NCBI RefSeq assembly: GCF_964188315.1
Contig: NC_135660.1
Location: 98,766,001-98,830,000 of the forward strand
From: Podarcis muralis
Taxonomy: Eukaryota
Length of the DNA: 64,000 nucleotides
Direction of reading: 5' to 3'
The translations under genes and the position numbers were made by a program. Below the pieces are notes generated by a model. That model worked only from the letters and a program-made list of their open reading frames with translations, searched no databases and had not been told where the DNA came from. How positions within the stretch are numbered: position 1 is the stretch's first letter; each line of letters starts with the position of its first letter. Of this stretch, positions 25,527 through 38,101 are shown piece by piece.

Positions 25527-27295
25527 TATATTAACACATTGTGATTAATAAGGCTCCTAAGTCCACATGCTGAAGGCCCATGGTGTCCATGCAGAAACCT
25601 TTTGAGATGCTGTGGTAACTATAGTTTAACATTTAACAGGCAAGAACTGCCACTCTGTTTGGAGGAAAGTATGTTTTAAATATTTGCTTTCTCACTCCAT
25701 TTGGCAGAAACTTCCCAAGAATTGAAATCATGTCAAAAAAATTTAAGTGGCTGTGTCTGGCAGCTCCTCCAATTTAAAACTGCGTTCACTGATTAAAAGT
25801 TAATTGATTAATCTACTTATTAAAATGTCAGTCTTACTCATTAGATGTCTGATAGTATCAGTCAGGGCTTTTTTCAGGGGGAACTCACCAGAACTCAGTT
25901 CCTGCCCCTCTCAGGTGGGTGCCATTGCCATTCCAAGAGAAAGAGGGAGGCGTTCATGGTGAGTTCCAGCACCTCTTTTTCTAGAAAAATAGCACTGCTA
26001 TCAGTTAAAATTAGCTGTAAATCATACCGCAAGAGTGATTCACCAAAACAAATCGCCACTACGTGACTCGCTCTCTCAGAATAACATTGAAACTATTCCC
26101 CTTCCTCTACATAGATTCCCTCTGGGTTCATGATGTTCTTTCCAACTAAAATGGTTGAAATGCCACTTCTCCTTTGTAAAATAAGTGCTGAAATACAATG
26201 GCATAAAAACCGCTTCTTCAGTTTATTGTTTTGCTTTTTCAAATGACACATCGCAAACACCATTTGATGGAATTTCCCCCTGCAACTTAGAAAGAAAATC
26301 CTTACCAAGAAGAAAATCAAAACAAAATGTGTAACATGTTTTGTCAGTTTCAAATTAGGCATATGGCATCAGATGCAGCTTTTGAACATACTAGAGCCTG
26401 GGTTTTTTAAACAATAGTAACATTTTTTCATGTGTTGGTTTGAACTTGCTTTCCCTGCTGTGTGTTTTTCTTGGAGATGCTAATTTTCAGACCAGTTGCT
26501 GAATGTAATGTAATCCGTATTTTAACTGCCAGAGCAAAGGGTAATAGACAACTTTGACGCTGGTGCTCTGTGTCTTTTGCTTATGTTATTGAATAAAGCA
26601 CCATCTGCACTGCTGGCACAGAGAGAGGAAATGCCTGCAGGAAATGCCTCCTGAGACCCTTTCTCAAGTCTAGATTTCACTGAGACAGATAACCTGTGAG
26701 AGACTAGAAACTGCAGATAGGGACTCACATGACTGGATGATCCTCTATACAGAAAAGAAAAGCCTTTCACATAGAAAGCTAGCATGTTGGGAAGGCATCT
26801 AGGCCAGAACCTCCTGTCTGTTTGGGTTTCTCATGTTTCCTGTTTTAAGCTCAGCTCTCCACATGCCTACAGCAGTTTGAATTTTTAAAAAGAGAATAAA
26901 GACCCATCATTAACCAGCACATCACCATACTCTTTTTTTTTGCAAGCAATTTCCCCTATATCATGCATTGCTCCTAGTATTTTCACAAATATATGCATTT
27001 TATGTACACTCTTCCCACATATATCACAAAATTCAGAGAAGTGTGACTTTTGGAAGAGAGCTGTGTTTCAATTTGCGTGTTGTTTTGGGAAATGAAAATA
27101 AGGCAGGGTTGCATTAGAATGCAAATGTGATCAAATTTGCCCCCCCCTCCCTTTTGGACATTCCAGTTTTGTATATGCAGGGAATCTTTTACACTGCCAT
27201 AAGGCTTATCCGTCCAGCCATGTGAATCCATGCCTACCAGTGAAAAGGAAGCCCATCCCTCTAACATTAGACCATCCACTCCTATTCTAAAATAC

Positions 27296-27567
27296 CTTTC
27301 TTCCAGCCTCATTGTTGTGCAAGTTCATCAGCCTCCGAGCACTCTTTCTGATTTCTCTGGCATCAACAAACCTCCTGGAGAATTCAATGCCGTATCTGAT
27401 ATCAGCGGAGCAGCCTCCCCACTTCCACCCTTCCTCTTGGTTGTAATAACCTTGTTTCTCTCTGTCACAGCCACAGTTGCTTAGGTTTCCCTGGCTGCAG
27501 GCAGCAGTGACGGCATGCGCAACCCCAGCAGCAGTGATGGCGTAGGTGAAAGCGGCTTCCCTGCTTC
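27296..27567 (-). CDS. WNT7B: WNT7B coding exon 3 (not in the ORF track)
   Basis: Hand translation of the reverse complement: (G)[90 protein letters not shown]. Pyrimidine tract plus CCCCACAG acceptor, GTATTT donor at 27295. Length 272 bp; phases match exons 2 and 4. Confidence 0.97.
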
Positions 27568-28380
27568 CTGTGGGGTGGAGGGAGAGAAAAAAAGGTGGGG
27601 GGAAAATCAGCTGACTGGAGCAAAGAGAAGGTAGCTATGCCCCAATGAAATCCACCCTATGCTTCCCAGCCAACTGGCATTTCAACCATCTGCCCAGTCA
27701 AGAGGTAGGTAGTGCTGCTATCCCCAAGTGATTCGTGAAGCACCTTGCAGGAGAGAGAAGGGATTCTGCTGCTTGGCCGTGACTGAGGCGGGTATCCGGG
27801 ACTCTTGTGACTTGGCACCGGGGGCTGCCAGCACAGCACCCTAAAGGCACACAGCTTCCGAGTGGCTGGCAACGTCCTCTAGTCAGGGCATCAGGACACC
27901 TTTCCTTTTTTAAAATTGGCAATAAAGTTTTCTCAGCAGTGATAGAAGCCTTCTTTGCCTCCAGCAAGCCACCACATGGGCTGGATTCTGGTTTGAGGGT
28001 AGGATTGTCTTGGCGGTTTGGGCCCTCTCCTACATCGGTGTGCCACCAGCTCCCATTCTGAATTTTCCACAATGCCCTGGGGTGCCCAGCTTAGGACCAC
28101 TCCAGAGAAATATTGTGTCAAGATCCCCATTCATGGATTCAAGGACAGCTTTTTGTATTTTATCTGTGTTTTTTTAATTTGTGTAAGGTGTGGTGTGTTG
28201 AGTTCCTGTCTGGGGAAAAGGTGGGATGCAAATAAATTCAGTATAATAATAATGTGGGGATAAAGCACACAGACTTCAGTCCCAACATCACAACAGCCAA
28301 GCAGACAGTCCTTATTACACTCCTGAGTCAGGGACGGAAGGATCAGTCTGTTTCCAGCCCATGGCAGCTTTTCATGTCAT

Positions 28381-28526
28381 ATCATAGAATTGTAGAGTTG
28401 GAAGGCACCCTGGGGGTCATCTAGTCAAGCCCCCTGCAATGCTGGAATATGCAGCTGTCCCATACAGGGATCAAACCTGCAACCTTGGCATTATCAGCAC
28501 CACGCTCTAACCATCTGAGCTATCCA
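28381..28526 (-). mobile_element. tRNA-Ile-derived SINE with a CR1-derived tail
   Basis: Minus strand TAGCTCAGATGGTTAGAGCGTGGTGCTGATAATGCCAAGGTTGCAGGTTTGATCCC resembles vertebrate tRNA-Ile. It is fused to a tail closely matching the CR1 end at 59375-59451. Confidence 0.8.
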
Positions 28527-31500
28527 GTAGTGTTCATTCATAAATCTGTTCAGTCTCATTTCTGCATCAATCTCCTTTTTTTTTTAAAGTGCATTATTTT
28601 AAACATGTTTTTTTCAAAAAATAAATGGTATTTACATATTCTATCCTAAATACAGGTTATTTATATGTGCTTTGCTACATTTTTTTCTGATCAAAGAATG
28701 CTTTGTGACCCACATATTAGTCCAGAAAGTACAAATAAAATTAGTTCTCCCAGAAATACAGACTGAACAAAATCTTTGTGGTTCCCTTGTCCGAGTGAAG
28801 GTGCTTTAAATTCTCCGTGCAGTTATGATCCCTGCACAATCAGGGTTCACAATCATGGTGAGGATTTGCCCTGCATTCAGCCAAATGAGTGGAGAACCTC
28901 TCTCCAGACCTTTGGCTTCAATGTGTGATGGTGGGGGTGGAGCCAACAGGGACTTTGGGGGGGGAGGGGACCCTCCAGCCTTCAGCCCCTTTTTGGATGC
29001 AGACAGCTACTGCCTTTTTCAAATGTAAAAAAGAAGACGATTCAATCCGCAGCTGAAAGGGATCAGTTCTAGTTAACACAGTCTCAAAGAGCTAAATTTC
29101 TAATTTAATTTTGCAAATCCAGACTGTAACCTGAGGTAAAATATATACAGTATGGCTCAGTTTCAACATGTCTGTCAACACAGCTGAAATGAAATCATTT
29201 GCTTTAGTCAGGAAGAATAGACAATTTGACTGTGGAATCTTGCTCATGAACAAGAGCTGAAAGGAGTCAGCTCAGATATTCTCCTCTGAAAATTTTGATG
29301 TTGAATATTCACAGCCATGTTCTGAATTTCTGAATATTTGCTAAATATTACTACCATATTTACTCAAATCTAATGCTCACCTTTTTTGGTCAAATTACAT
29401 TGCAAAAATTAAGGCCCACATTAGATTCAATGGCACATTAGACTCGAGATAACACTTTGATTTCAGTCGTTTATATATGACTTTGATGTTCAGTATATGG
29501 TGTTTGACAGCTTATATTTGACAGTATTTGCCGGCTGATGATATGCAATAGTGTTTAGTAGTTTATAACTGAAATATACTGTAATTACATTTACTTAACA
29601 GTACAGTACAGCATTTAGTAGCTGGTAGTAACTGATACTTGGCATGAATCAGTATTTGGTTTTAGAGGTCCTAATCCAACTGGGCAACTATGTGGTTACA
29701 GGAGAGTCTAAATTTAAAATAAATAAATAAAATAATAAAATAATAACATGAGCTACTATCTATTTTCATACACAGAGTTCATCTGGTTGAATGTAATTGT
29801 GCAAGATAACACAATAGCAGAAATATTTATGTGTATGTGTATTACATAATTTGGTAAAAATAACAACAATAATTGGATATAAAAGGTGAAATATAAATCT
29901 AGTAGTAGTAGTAATTATAATAGATTATGAAATACAATAAACAATAATAAAATAATTTTGTGTTAAACGGGTGTAGTGATACACTGATGGACAAAGATAT
30001 TAGCCCATATTGGGGGGGGGGGCAACATTTTTTGGTGAATGACAATCTTCATCAGGGACAAAGAAATGGTGACCATATAAATAAATGTCAACCTTAAGGC
30101 AAATAATCATAGACATAGACATGAATTACAATAGAGCAGCCCATGATTAACAATGTGACAAATCCCCAACCTCAGCTGACAAACACACCAAACATGCAGA
30201 ATATAATGAAACATTATAAAAATAAGTGAAAAGAAGGAAGTGGTTTAGATTTCTCATTGAAAAGCATTTTTATAATGTAAATATCTACACATAAAACAAG
30301 AACACATTACATTAGGCAGAAAAAAGTTCCCTTCCTCTGCCTTAGGACTCTACAGAATCCAATATTAAGGTCTTCCTGTCAAAGCAAATTGTCTCTCAGG
30401 TAACATCCCCGGGTCTCCTCCTCCTCCTCCTTCTCCTTCTCCTTGCCCTCCCAGCATGGGAGATAGAAAGAGAAGAAACTGAGCAATGGCCCCTCAGCAT
30501 GCGGGAAGTGCAACCCTACTCAGAAGTGGGATTTGCTACCGATCCCCATGTTATTTCAGCAGATTGGATTCAGACTTAATCACAATTAGAGGAGTATGAA
30601 TGAGTCTGGATTCCAGCCCAGAAAGAACTAGCCTGCCTTTGCGTTCCCCATCAATCAAGGAACAGGAATGCGGGAATGCCATCTCCAAAAATAGCATCCC
30701 AGAAAATAATTTGCAATGATTTCAGATATTACAAAATTTTTGAATAACCAAGGCAATGGATTACTTGTAATCTGAAACTGTTTGCTTATTCCAAACATTT
30801 GGATTTATTTCTAATATTAGGATAGAACTTGAGAAATGTGATTTCCAGAATACAACAGAAACTGAAATGTTACAATAATCAAAGCTACCATCTGTATCTT
30901 GCTGTTGGTGACTCATACCTTCCTTGATTACAATTAATTATTATAAAATAATGTTAAAGCCATTGTATATGTTTCTTTGTACAATCTTCACATTTCCATA
31001 CACTAATTGATTTTTTTACTTGTGTCTTTATTCTAGATGCTTGGTTAAGATCATTTAGTATTATCTATATGATCTTCCAGCAATATTTTTACTTGGTAAA
31101 GTAAGTTTCCCATATTGGAACTTAGCTATTGACTAACCAAAACCCATCTCTGAACACTACTGGACTTTGAGAACGTTCAAAGCTATATTTTGTGGCTCAG
31201 ATTGATCTCTAATTCAAACAATCCAACTGGAAATATTAATATCACCAAACATAACAACAAATATTCGTCATGGAAATTGGATATTAAAACCCACCACTAG
31301 TCATATTACTAGATGGTGATGTTACTGATGGTTATCTTTTGTAAAAATGTGTACCATGCAAGTCACAACCCCTGAGTTCATCCATTCGGATGGGTTCGCA
31401 TTAAGTGTTACCCATGTGGTGGAAAGGAATGCTCTTCCATCCCACTAGACAGTGCCCTGCCACCAAACATATGAACTGCGGCAATTTCTAGGATTGCAAC

Positions 31501-31702
31501 TTAAGTATGCTGACCAGATACAAAGGAGGACAGGGACACCAAGATTCTGTAGGCCCTTTGGCAAAGTGATCTTAGTGCCCCACATAACCTCGAAGGTACC
31601 GGGCATTGCGCCTGACTTTCTTAGGTGCCTTCAATCCAGTGTGAGTCTGACCTTCCAAGGTGTTATAACCAACTTCTGAAAATTCTGGCTGGAGGAAAAG
31701 TA

Positions 31703-32066
31703 CCATATTTTCCATGTATAAGACGGTTTTTTAATTATTATAATTAAATGTTAAAAATTAGGAGTCGTTTTATACACGGATAGTGCAGAGGGGGGCGTGC
31801 GGTTGTGGGGAGCCATAAACAGGAGATTGTCAGAGGTTATTGTTGGCTGCGGCAATTGGCAATTGGCTGCCATTGGTGAGAGGACAGATGATTGGTGGCT
31901 TTGGCGAGGCGTGAGATTGGCAGCGGCAGTCAGGCCATTGAGTGATTTCCAGCAATCCCCGCCCCCAAAAAAAGCTCAACAACTCTGGGCAATCTCCCCC
32001 CATTTCCTCAATTGGGAGTCCCCAAAAATAGGGGTCATCTTATACACAGGGGCATGTTAAATACGG
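31703..32066. mobile_element. pogo/Tigger-type (Tc1/mariner superfamily) MITE
   Basis: TA on both flanks (31701-31702 and 32067-32068); ends CCATATTT / AAATACGG with subterminal TGTATAAGAC and CTTATACA motifs. Confidence 0.7.
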
Positions 32067-32428
32067 TAATCTCTGTCTCTATTTTACCTGGAGATAGTTT
32101 GTGTCCACAGCATATCACTTCAGATGGTGGGTGTGGGCTCACATCTTTTCTATGCAAAAAATGTCCCTGGCCATGAAAAATACAGCATGCTAAGCTAAGA
32201 TGATAGTAGCCTAGTTTGCTAGAATTCTGTATGGAGGTACTTTTTATAGAGGCCCTTCTCTGCTGAGATTCCTGTATTGAAGGGATTGGGCTAGATAACT
32301 ATCAGGGTCCCAACACTACAATTATATGGTTCTGTGATTATGATTCAAGCTACATGATCCTCTACCTGCAATTGGAAGCAGTACATCTGAGAAACAGATT
32401 TACCAAGACTAGACCTTAGCTACTATTA

Positions 32429-32784
32429 AAGGTAAAGGTACCCCTGACCACTAGGTCCAGTCGCGGATGACTCTGGGGTTGCGAACTCCTCTCGCTTTAC
32501 AGGCCGAGGGAGCCGGCGTTTGTCCGCAGACAGTTTTTCCGGGTCATGTGGCCAGCATGACTAAGCCACTACTGGCGAACCAGGGCAGCGGAGGGAAACG
32601 CCGTTTACCTTCCCGCCGGAGCGGTACCTATTTATCTACTTGCCCTGCGTGCTTTCGAACTGCAGGTTGGCAGGAGCAGGGACCAAGCAACAGGAGCTCA
32701 CCCTGTCGCAGGGATTCGAACTGCCGACCTTCTGATTGGCAAGCCCTAGGCTCTGTGGTTTAGACGACAGCGCCACCTGCGTCC
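32429..32784 (-). mobile_element. Sauria SINE, subfamily A
   Basis: Full body and tail; TSD CTTAGCTACTATTA on both sides (32415-32428 and 32785-32798). Confidence 0.92.
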
Positions 32785-34586
32785 CTTAGCTACTATTAGT
32801 ATACAATTAAATGGGCATTTGTAGCAGTGAGAATGTCAAAGATACAATTCCCTTTACTTTAAAAGAGGCAACTTTTTGCTTTCCCATCGCAGAGTAATTT
32901 ACAGTTGTGTGATGTAGAAGTTATTTAAGTCTGTATGGCAGTAGTTAGGTGCCTGTCTCCCAGGAGAAAAGCCTCAAAGCTGACCAGCACAACTATCTAG
33001 GCAACTTATCATCCAGGATATCAAGGAGCAGTGCCAGAAAAGGGTACAAGTTCCTTAATTTCACTTTTAAAAGCTTACGTGGCCATCTTGGGAAGGACTG
33101 AAAGGCTATATTTAATACATTCTTTCTTGTTACACACACTTCAGATCATAAATATTCACCGAAATCAGGTGTGCCCTAAACTCTCAGTTGATGCCAGTTA
33201 TACCACCTGGAGCCTGCAGCATATCTGTATATACATATTAAAGATCTTAAGTTTAAACTTTGTGTTCAAATATATATCCAACAAGATACTAAAAAGGTGA
33301 AAATTATATAAAGGAACTGACACAAAATACCGAGGGCCGGTTCACTTTCTGCTGCTGCAGCAAGGATGGCAAAAGGAGGCATTCCTAGACCCCTCCATCT
33401 GCTACAGGCAAATGTTATTCCTATTCTGCACCTTTCTTATTGGACTTTGAAATTGTTAGAAGCAATCACATCTGCATATGTTCCTTTAAAAATCAAGGAG
33501 GCGGTGTCTGACAGAGAGATTTCCTTTTACCTCCTATGAAACCTATGTTTCATTGTGTCAGTAGTATGTGGAATATTGCCACTAATCCCTCCCCAAAACA
33601 AACAAAAACGTGTTGTTGCAGAAAATCCTGTTGAGTAATAGGTCAGAGGAATCCCAGCGAACTCCCCTGCTAAGTGCTTCTGTTTGAACAGTAGTTAATA
33701 TTACAGTGCCTGCAGTAAAGTAACACAGTTGATCGATGGAGAAGAGAAAGCAAACAATGGGGGGCGGTGGTGGGCAGGCGGGCGAAGGAGAACGTGAAGG
33801 CAGCCTTCCTGAACTGCCAAAGGAAAATAAATGGGAGATGGAAGAGATGAGGGGGGGGGGGAATGTGTTCATGCCTTGCTACCTGTGTCAGGATGTCATG
33901 GTGCATCAATGCGCTAGCAAAAGAGCCTGAGGGGCGGCATGTCTTATTCAGAGAATGGCAGAGCAGATGCAGAACAGTGACTTTATAGTAATCACAGAGG
34001 GAACAATCCGCTGGGAAGATCTCCTGTGCAAGACTTCAATGACGTCACCTTGAAGGAACAGCATTTTAGCTAATGGATCCTTGAAGAAGGAATTTGGGAG
34101 GTTTGGGGGCCTGGTTAGGGTAGCTGTACAATCAGGTTTGGGTAACCTGTTCCTTCAACCTACCCCAAATCACAGAGAGCTGTGCACAGGAGAATTTCTC
34201 TTTGGCTACCTTTGTTCTTTTGCACTACGTTCCATGGAGGAATCCACATGCCCATGCTACAAGAGAGATGCCAGTTTTGCCCTCCTGCAACAGGAACAAA
34301 TATGGGCAAGAAGTAAATTGATAGTATGTGTCAGTTATGTAAGAATCATGCCCAGTAGCCTTTTTCATTTAGCATGCTAGATGTGGTTGTCTTCTTAGGT
34401 GCCTTCATTTTTGCTGGGGGGCGGATCTTATTTTGCTTTTATTTAAATGTAATATTTGTCTGGTTTATTCATAACCTGGGGCCTAAATTAGCAATAAGTT
34501 TTCTTTAAACAATAATAAAAAGGTTAATGTCACCTGTCCCTTTAAAACCAGGACTGTCCTGTTTTGGGGGTACATTGGGGTCCCAT

Positions 34587-34898
34587 GGATGCAGGTGGTG
34601 CTGTGGGTTAAACCACAGAGCCTAGGGCTTGCTGATCAGAAGGTCGGCGGTTCGAATCCCCACGACGGGGTGAGCTCCCCTTGCTCACTCCCTGCTCCTG
34701 CCCACCTAGCAGTTTGAAAGCACGTCAAAAGTGCGTTTCCATGCGCTGCTGTGGTTCGCCAGAAGCGGCTTAGTCCTGCTGGCCACATGACCCAGAAGCT
34801 GTATGCCGGCTGCCTCGGACAATAAAGCGAGATGAGCACCGCAACCCCAGAGTCGGCCACAACTGGACCTAATGGTCAGGGGTCCCTTTACCTTTACC
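34587..34898 (+). mobile_element. Sauria SINE, subfamily A, with an internal deletion
   Basis: tRNA-like head and tail; TSD TTGGGGTCCCAT at 34575-34586 and 34899-34910. Appears to sit in an older MITE-like sequence. Confidence 0.9.
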
Positions 34899-35600
34899 TT
34901 GGGGTCCCATTTAGCCCCCTTATTTTCCGGTTTTGAAGTCATAAAAATAAAAATCGGCATTTGTGTGCTCATCCAAACTTGCTTGTCTTGCCCCAACCAA
35001 AGTTGCTAGGTCGAAGCTACTATTCAACCCAGGCAGGAAACTGCCACTGATGCTAAGAGCTGGGAAATGATCATTGGGGCCACAACAGAATAGAAGGGCT
35101 ATTATTTAAAGAGGGGGTTGCACACCTTTAACATAACAACTGTTTAGGCTATAAAACTGATAGGTGAAGGTTCTTCTACACACGAGAAAGTTTGTAGGAT
35201 GTAAAAAATCTTGAGGACTGGCACACTTTCTTAGACTGCCTGGTGCAGATCCCCAAGATTAATGTAAAAAACCTCTGGGGTTATTTTGCTGGAAGTCTCC
35301 TTGCTGATTCCATGTGGTGCGTGGGAATCATTTTTATCCAGAGAGTTTTGAAAATAATAATTTGAAGTGCTTGGCCTTTAGGCCCCACCCCTTTAAAAAC
35401 ATTCATATTCCAAAATGCATTTAGGGTGGGGATGAGTTTATTTTTAGCTGCAAACTTGCAGTATAGCTCTCTGTCATATAAACATTTCTTGGCTTGACTG
35501 CCATAATATATGACGCAAACTAAAGTTAATGTACAGTCCTTGTATGTTTTTGTATAACAAAATCATTTATTTTTCAAAAGACTGCCCAAATGCTCATATA

Positions 35601-35954
35601 AAGGTAAAGGTACCCCTGCCCGTATGGGCCAGTCTTGCCAGACTCTAGGGTTGTGCGCTCATCTCACTCTAGAGGCTGGGAGCCAGCGCTGTCCGCAGAC
35701 ACTTCCGGGTCACGTGGCCAGCGTGACATCGCTGCTCTGGTGAGCAAGTGCAGCACACGGAACGCCGTGTACCTTCCCGCTGGTAAGCGGTCCCTATTTA
35801 TCTACTTGCACCCAGGGGTGCTTTCGAACTGCTAGGTTGGCAGGTGCTGGGACCGAACGATGGGAGCGCACCCCGCCGCGGGGATTCGAACCGCCGACCT
35901 TTCGATCGGCAAGTCCTAGACGCTGAGGCTTTAACCCACAGCGCCACCCGCGTC
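35601..35954 (-). mobile_element. Sauria SINE, subfamily B
   Basis: Full body; TSD CAAATGCTCATATA flanking (35587-35600 and 35955-35968). Confidence 0.92.
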
Positions 35955-36894
35955 CAAATGCTCATATACATAATAACAAAAAACCAAAAAGCATGCTATT
36001 TTACAAAATCCCTGTATTTGGGGTACATTTGTGTTGCATGGGGGGGTTTCTTTCAAACTTTGGAAACGCCATCCAGTGTTTTTTTGTTAAAGAACATGTG
36101 GTTTACTAAAAAGAACGTATGTTAAGGAAGAGAGAAGAAAAGGAAGGATGCAACACATGTAACAGTGAATTTTAATTCTATGTTTAGCATTTGCCACTCA
36201 ATGTAAAGAACCAGACTAGATGACCAACCCTATCATCTATAATTGTAGGGAAGGGATTTCAGCAGCACAGGAACCACAAGCAAACGCTGGAGCATTTTGA
36301 AAAGCAAATAGAACCTGCTAAAAGGGTATGTTTTGATGTATTTAATGTACAGCAATGTTTCTGTTTCGTGTGTGTGTGTGATTGTAAGCTCATTGCTTCT
36401 GGGACTAGTCATTTAGGCTGCAATTCTACACACTCCGTGGGACTTAACTGCAAGTAAACATGCAAAGGGCCGGGCTGTTAACTTGTTACTGTGCAAAGCA
36501 CCATAAAAACTGTGGAGCTATAAATAAACAGCAATAGTAGTAGTAATAAAAATAATAAGGCACTTGGCATCCAGACTTTCAGGTCTATAGATAGGCTGTG
36601 AAGAAATCAGGATCTCACTTGTTTTGCTCAGCTGGCTCTTGCAGCTTCAATTCATGTCAGAACACAGTAAAGTGCTGAAGGCAAACATTTTTCATCTTCT
36701 AGAGTTCAGAAGAGAGTTTGGCATAATTAGCTGCAAAAGGGCTGAACAAGGTATTTGAGGAAATCTGACAACTATCTGGCATGTGTCTAACTAGACTAAA
36801 GAGGAGGGTTTTGTTTTAGCTCTTATACTTCACAATAGAAACCTCACAATGTTCTTGGATCCAGGGATTTATTAAGTAAGTCATATGTCTAGAC

Positions 36895-37010
36895 CAGCCT
36901 TCTCCACCTTGGTGACCTCCACAGATTATGATTCCCATCAACCTGAGTGACATGGGCTGATGAAAGCTGAAGCCCCAAACATCTGGAGGGCACTAGGTTG
37001 GTGAAGGCTG
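36895..37010. mobile_element. Small hAT-like MITE
   Basis: TIR CAGCCTTCTCCA / TGGTGAAGGCTG (11 of 12); internal CCCCAAACATCTGGAGGGCAC typical of reptile MITEs as I recall them. Confidence 0.6.
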
Positions 37011-37434
37011 ATTTAGGCTGTTGCCTTTCAAGGCCCTTTAAACAAAATTGCAGTGGTTTAAAAAGCTAAATACAGAACTAAAAATGTTTTGCTGAACTTA
37101 AAATGGTAAGATATTTAACACTTGCAACTGATTCTAAAGTGCTACTCAGAAGTAAGCTCCCAGTACTTCCCAGTTAGTACTGAAGTGTTAGTCTAGTTGT
37201 TATTGCTTTGCTTGCTTTTGAATTTGTCAGGTATCAAACATGAAACCTTATATAAATGGTCCAATGCTAAAGACCATTGCATGCCAATCAGATGCTATCA
37301 GATACTCTGTAGCACTGTATATGTCAGCTATCAATTACAGTAATAAATGAAATACTATTGCATATTCAACATCATCAAAATTTGAAATTATGTAATACCA
37401 AATGCAGATATCAATCTATGACAGAATATTCAGT

Positions 37435-37590
37435 GACGTGCCTGCCTGGATGTAGTGTTTGACTATAACAAGGGACACCTGATTTCAGACCCCCACTTAT
37501 TTATGAAATTCATTAGCTAAGCATGAACTAGTCAGAAACTCTCAACCTAATGTACACTGCATAGTAATTTTGAGAATACTGCCCATAAGA
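37435..37590 (+). mobile_element. Degenerate MIR/Ther1-related (Squam3-like) SINE
   Basis: Recognisable order GTAGTGTTTGACT...TTCAGACCCCCAC...TGAAATTCA...CTCTCAACCTAA. Related fragments at ~41095-41190 (-) and ~59035-59100 (+). Confidence 0.45.
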
Positions 37591-37746
37591 TACAAATGTG
37601 GCCAATTATAGATGATTTTATTTAATAATAATTAAGAAGAGAATTCCAGGCAGACTTTTTAGAATTCCATTTATTTTATTTTGGGCCTTTTCAGGGTGGG
37701 GTGAGGCTTATCTTGTAGAATCACATTAGATTTGGTATTTCTGGTA

Positions 37747-38101
37747 AAGGTAAAGGTACCCCTGCCCGTACGGGCCAGTCTTGACAGACTCTAGGGTTGT
37801 GCGCTCATCTCACTCTATAGGCCGGGAGCCAGCGCTGTCCGCAGACACTTCCGGGTCACGTGGCCAGCGTGACATCGCTGCTCTGGCGAGCCAGAGCCGC
37901 ACACGGAAACACCGTTTACCTTCCCACTAGTAAGCGGCCCCTATTTATCTACTTGCACCCAAGGTGCTTTCGAACTGCTAGGTTGGCAGGCGCTGGGACC
38001 GAGCAACGGGAGCGCACCCCGCCGCGGGGATTCGAACCGCCGACCATGCGATCGGCAAGTCCTAGGCTCTGTGGTTTAACCCACAGCGCCACCCGCGTCC
38101 C
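37747..38101 (-). mobile_element. Sauria SINE, subfamily B
   Basis: Full body; TSD GGTATTTCTGGTA at 37734-37746 and 38106-38118. Confidence 0.92.

Noticed and set aside
28450-28526. tRNA-Ile gene
   Set aside because: The acceptor stem and T-arm are degraded and it is fused to a CR1 tail; it is a SINE head.
30020-30400. Minus-strand CCTGATGAAG...AAAAATGTTG as a third, decayed Penelope hammerhead, with possible GIY-YIG remnants near 30850-30960
   Set aside because: No GAAA box follows stem II, stem I cannot be closed, and the protein similarity needs several frameshifts. It may be an old remnant, but I cannot support it by eye.
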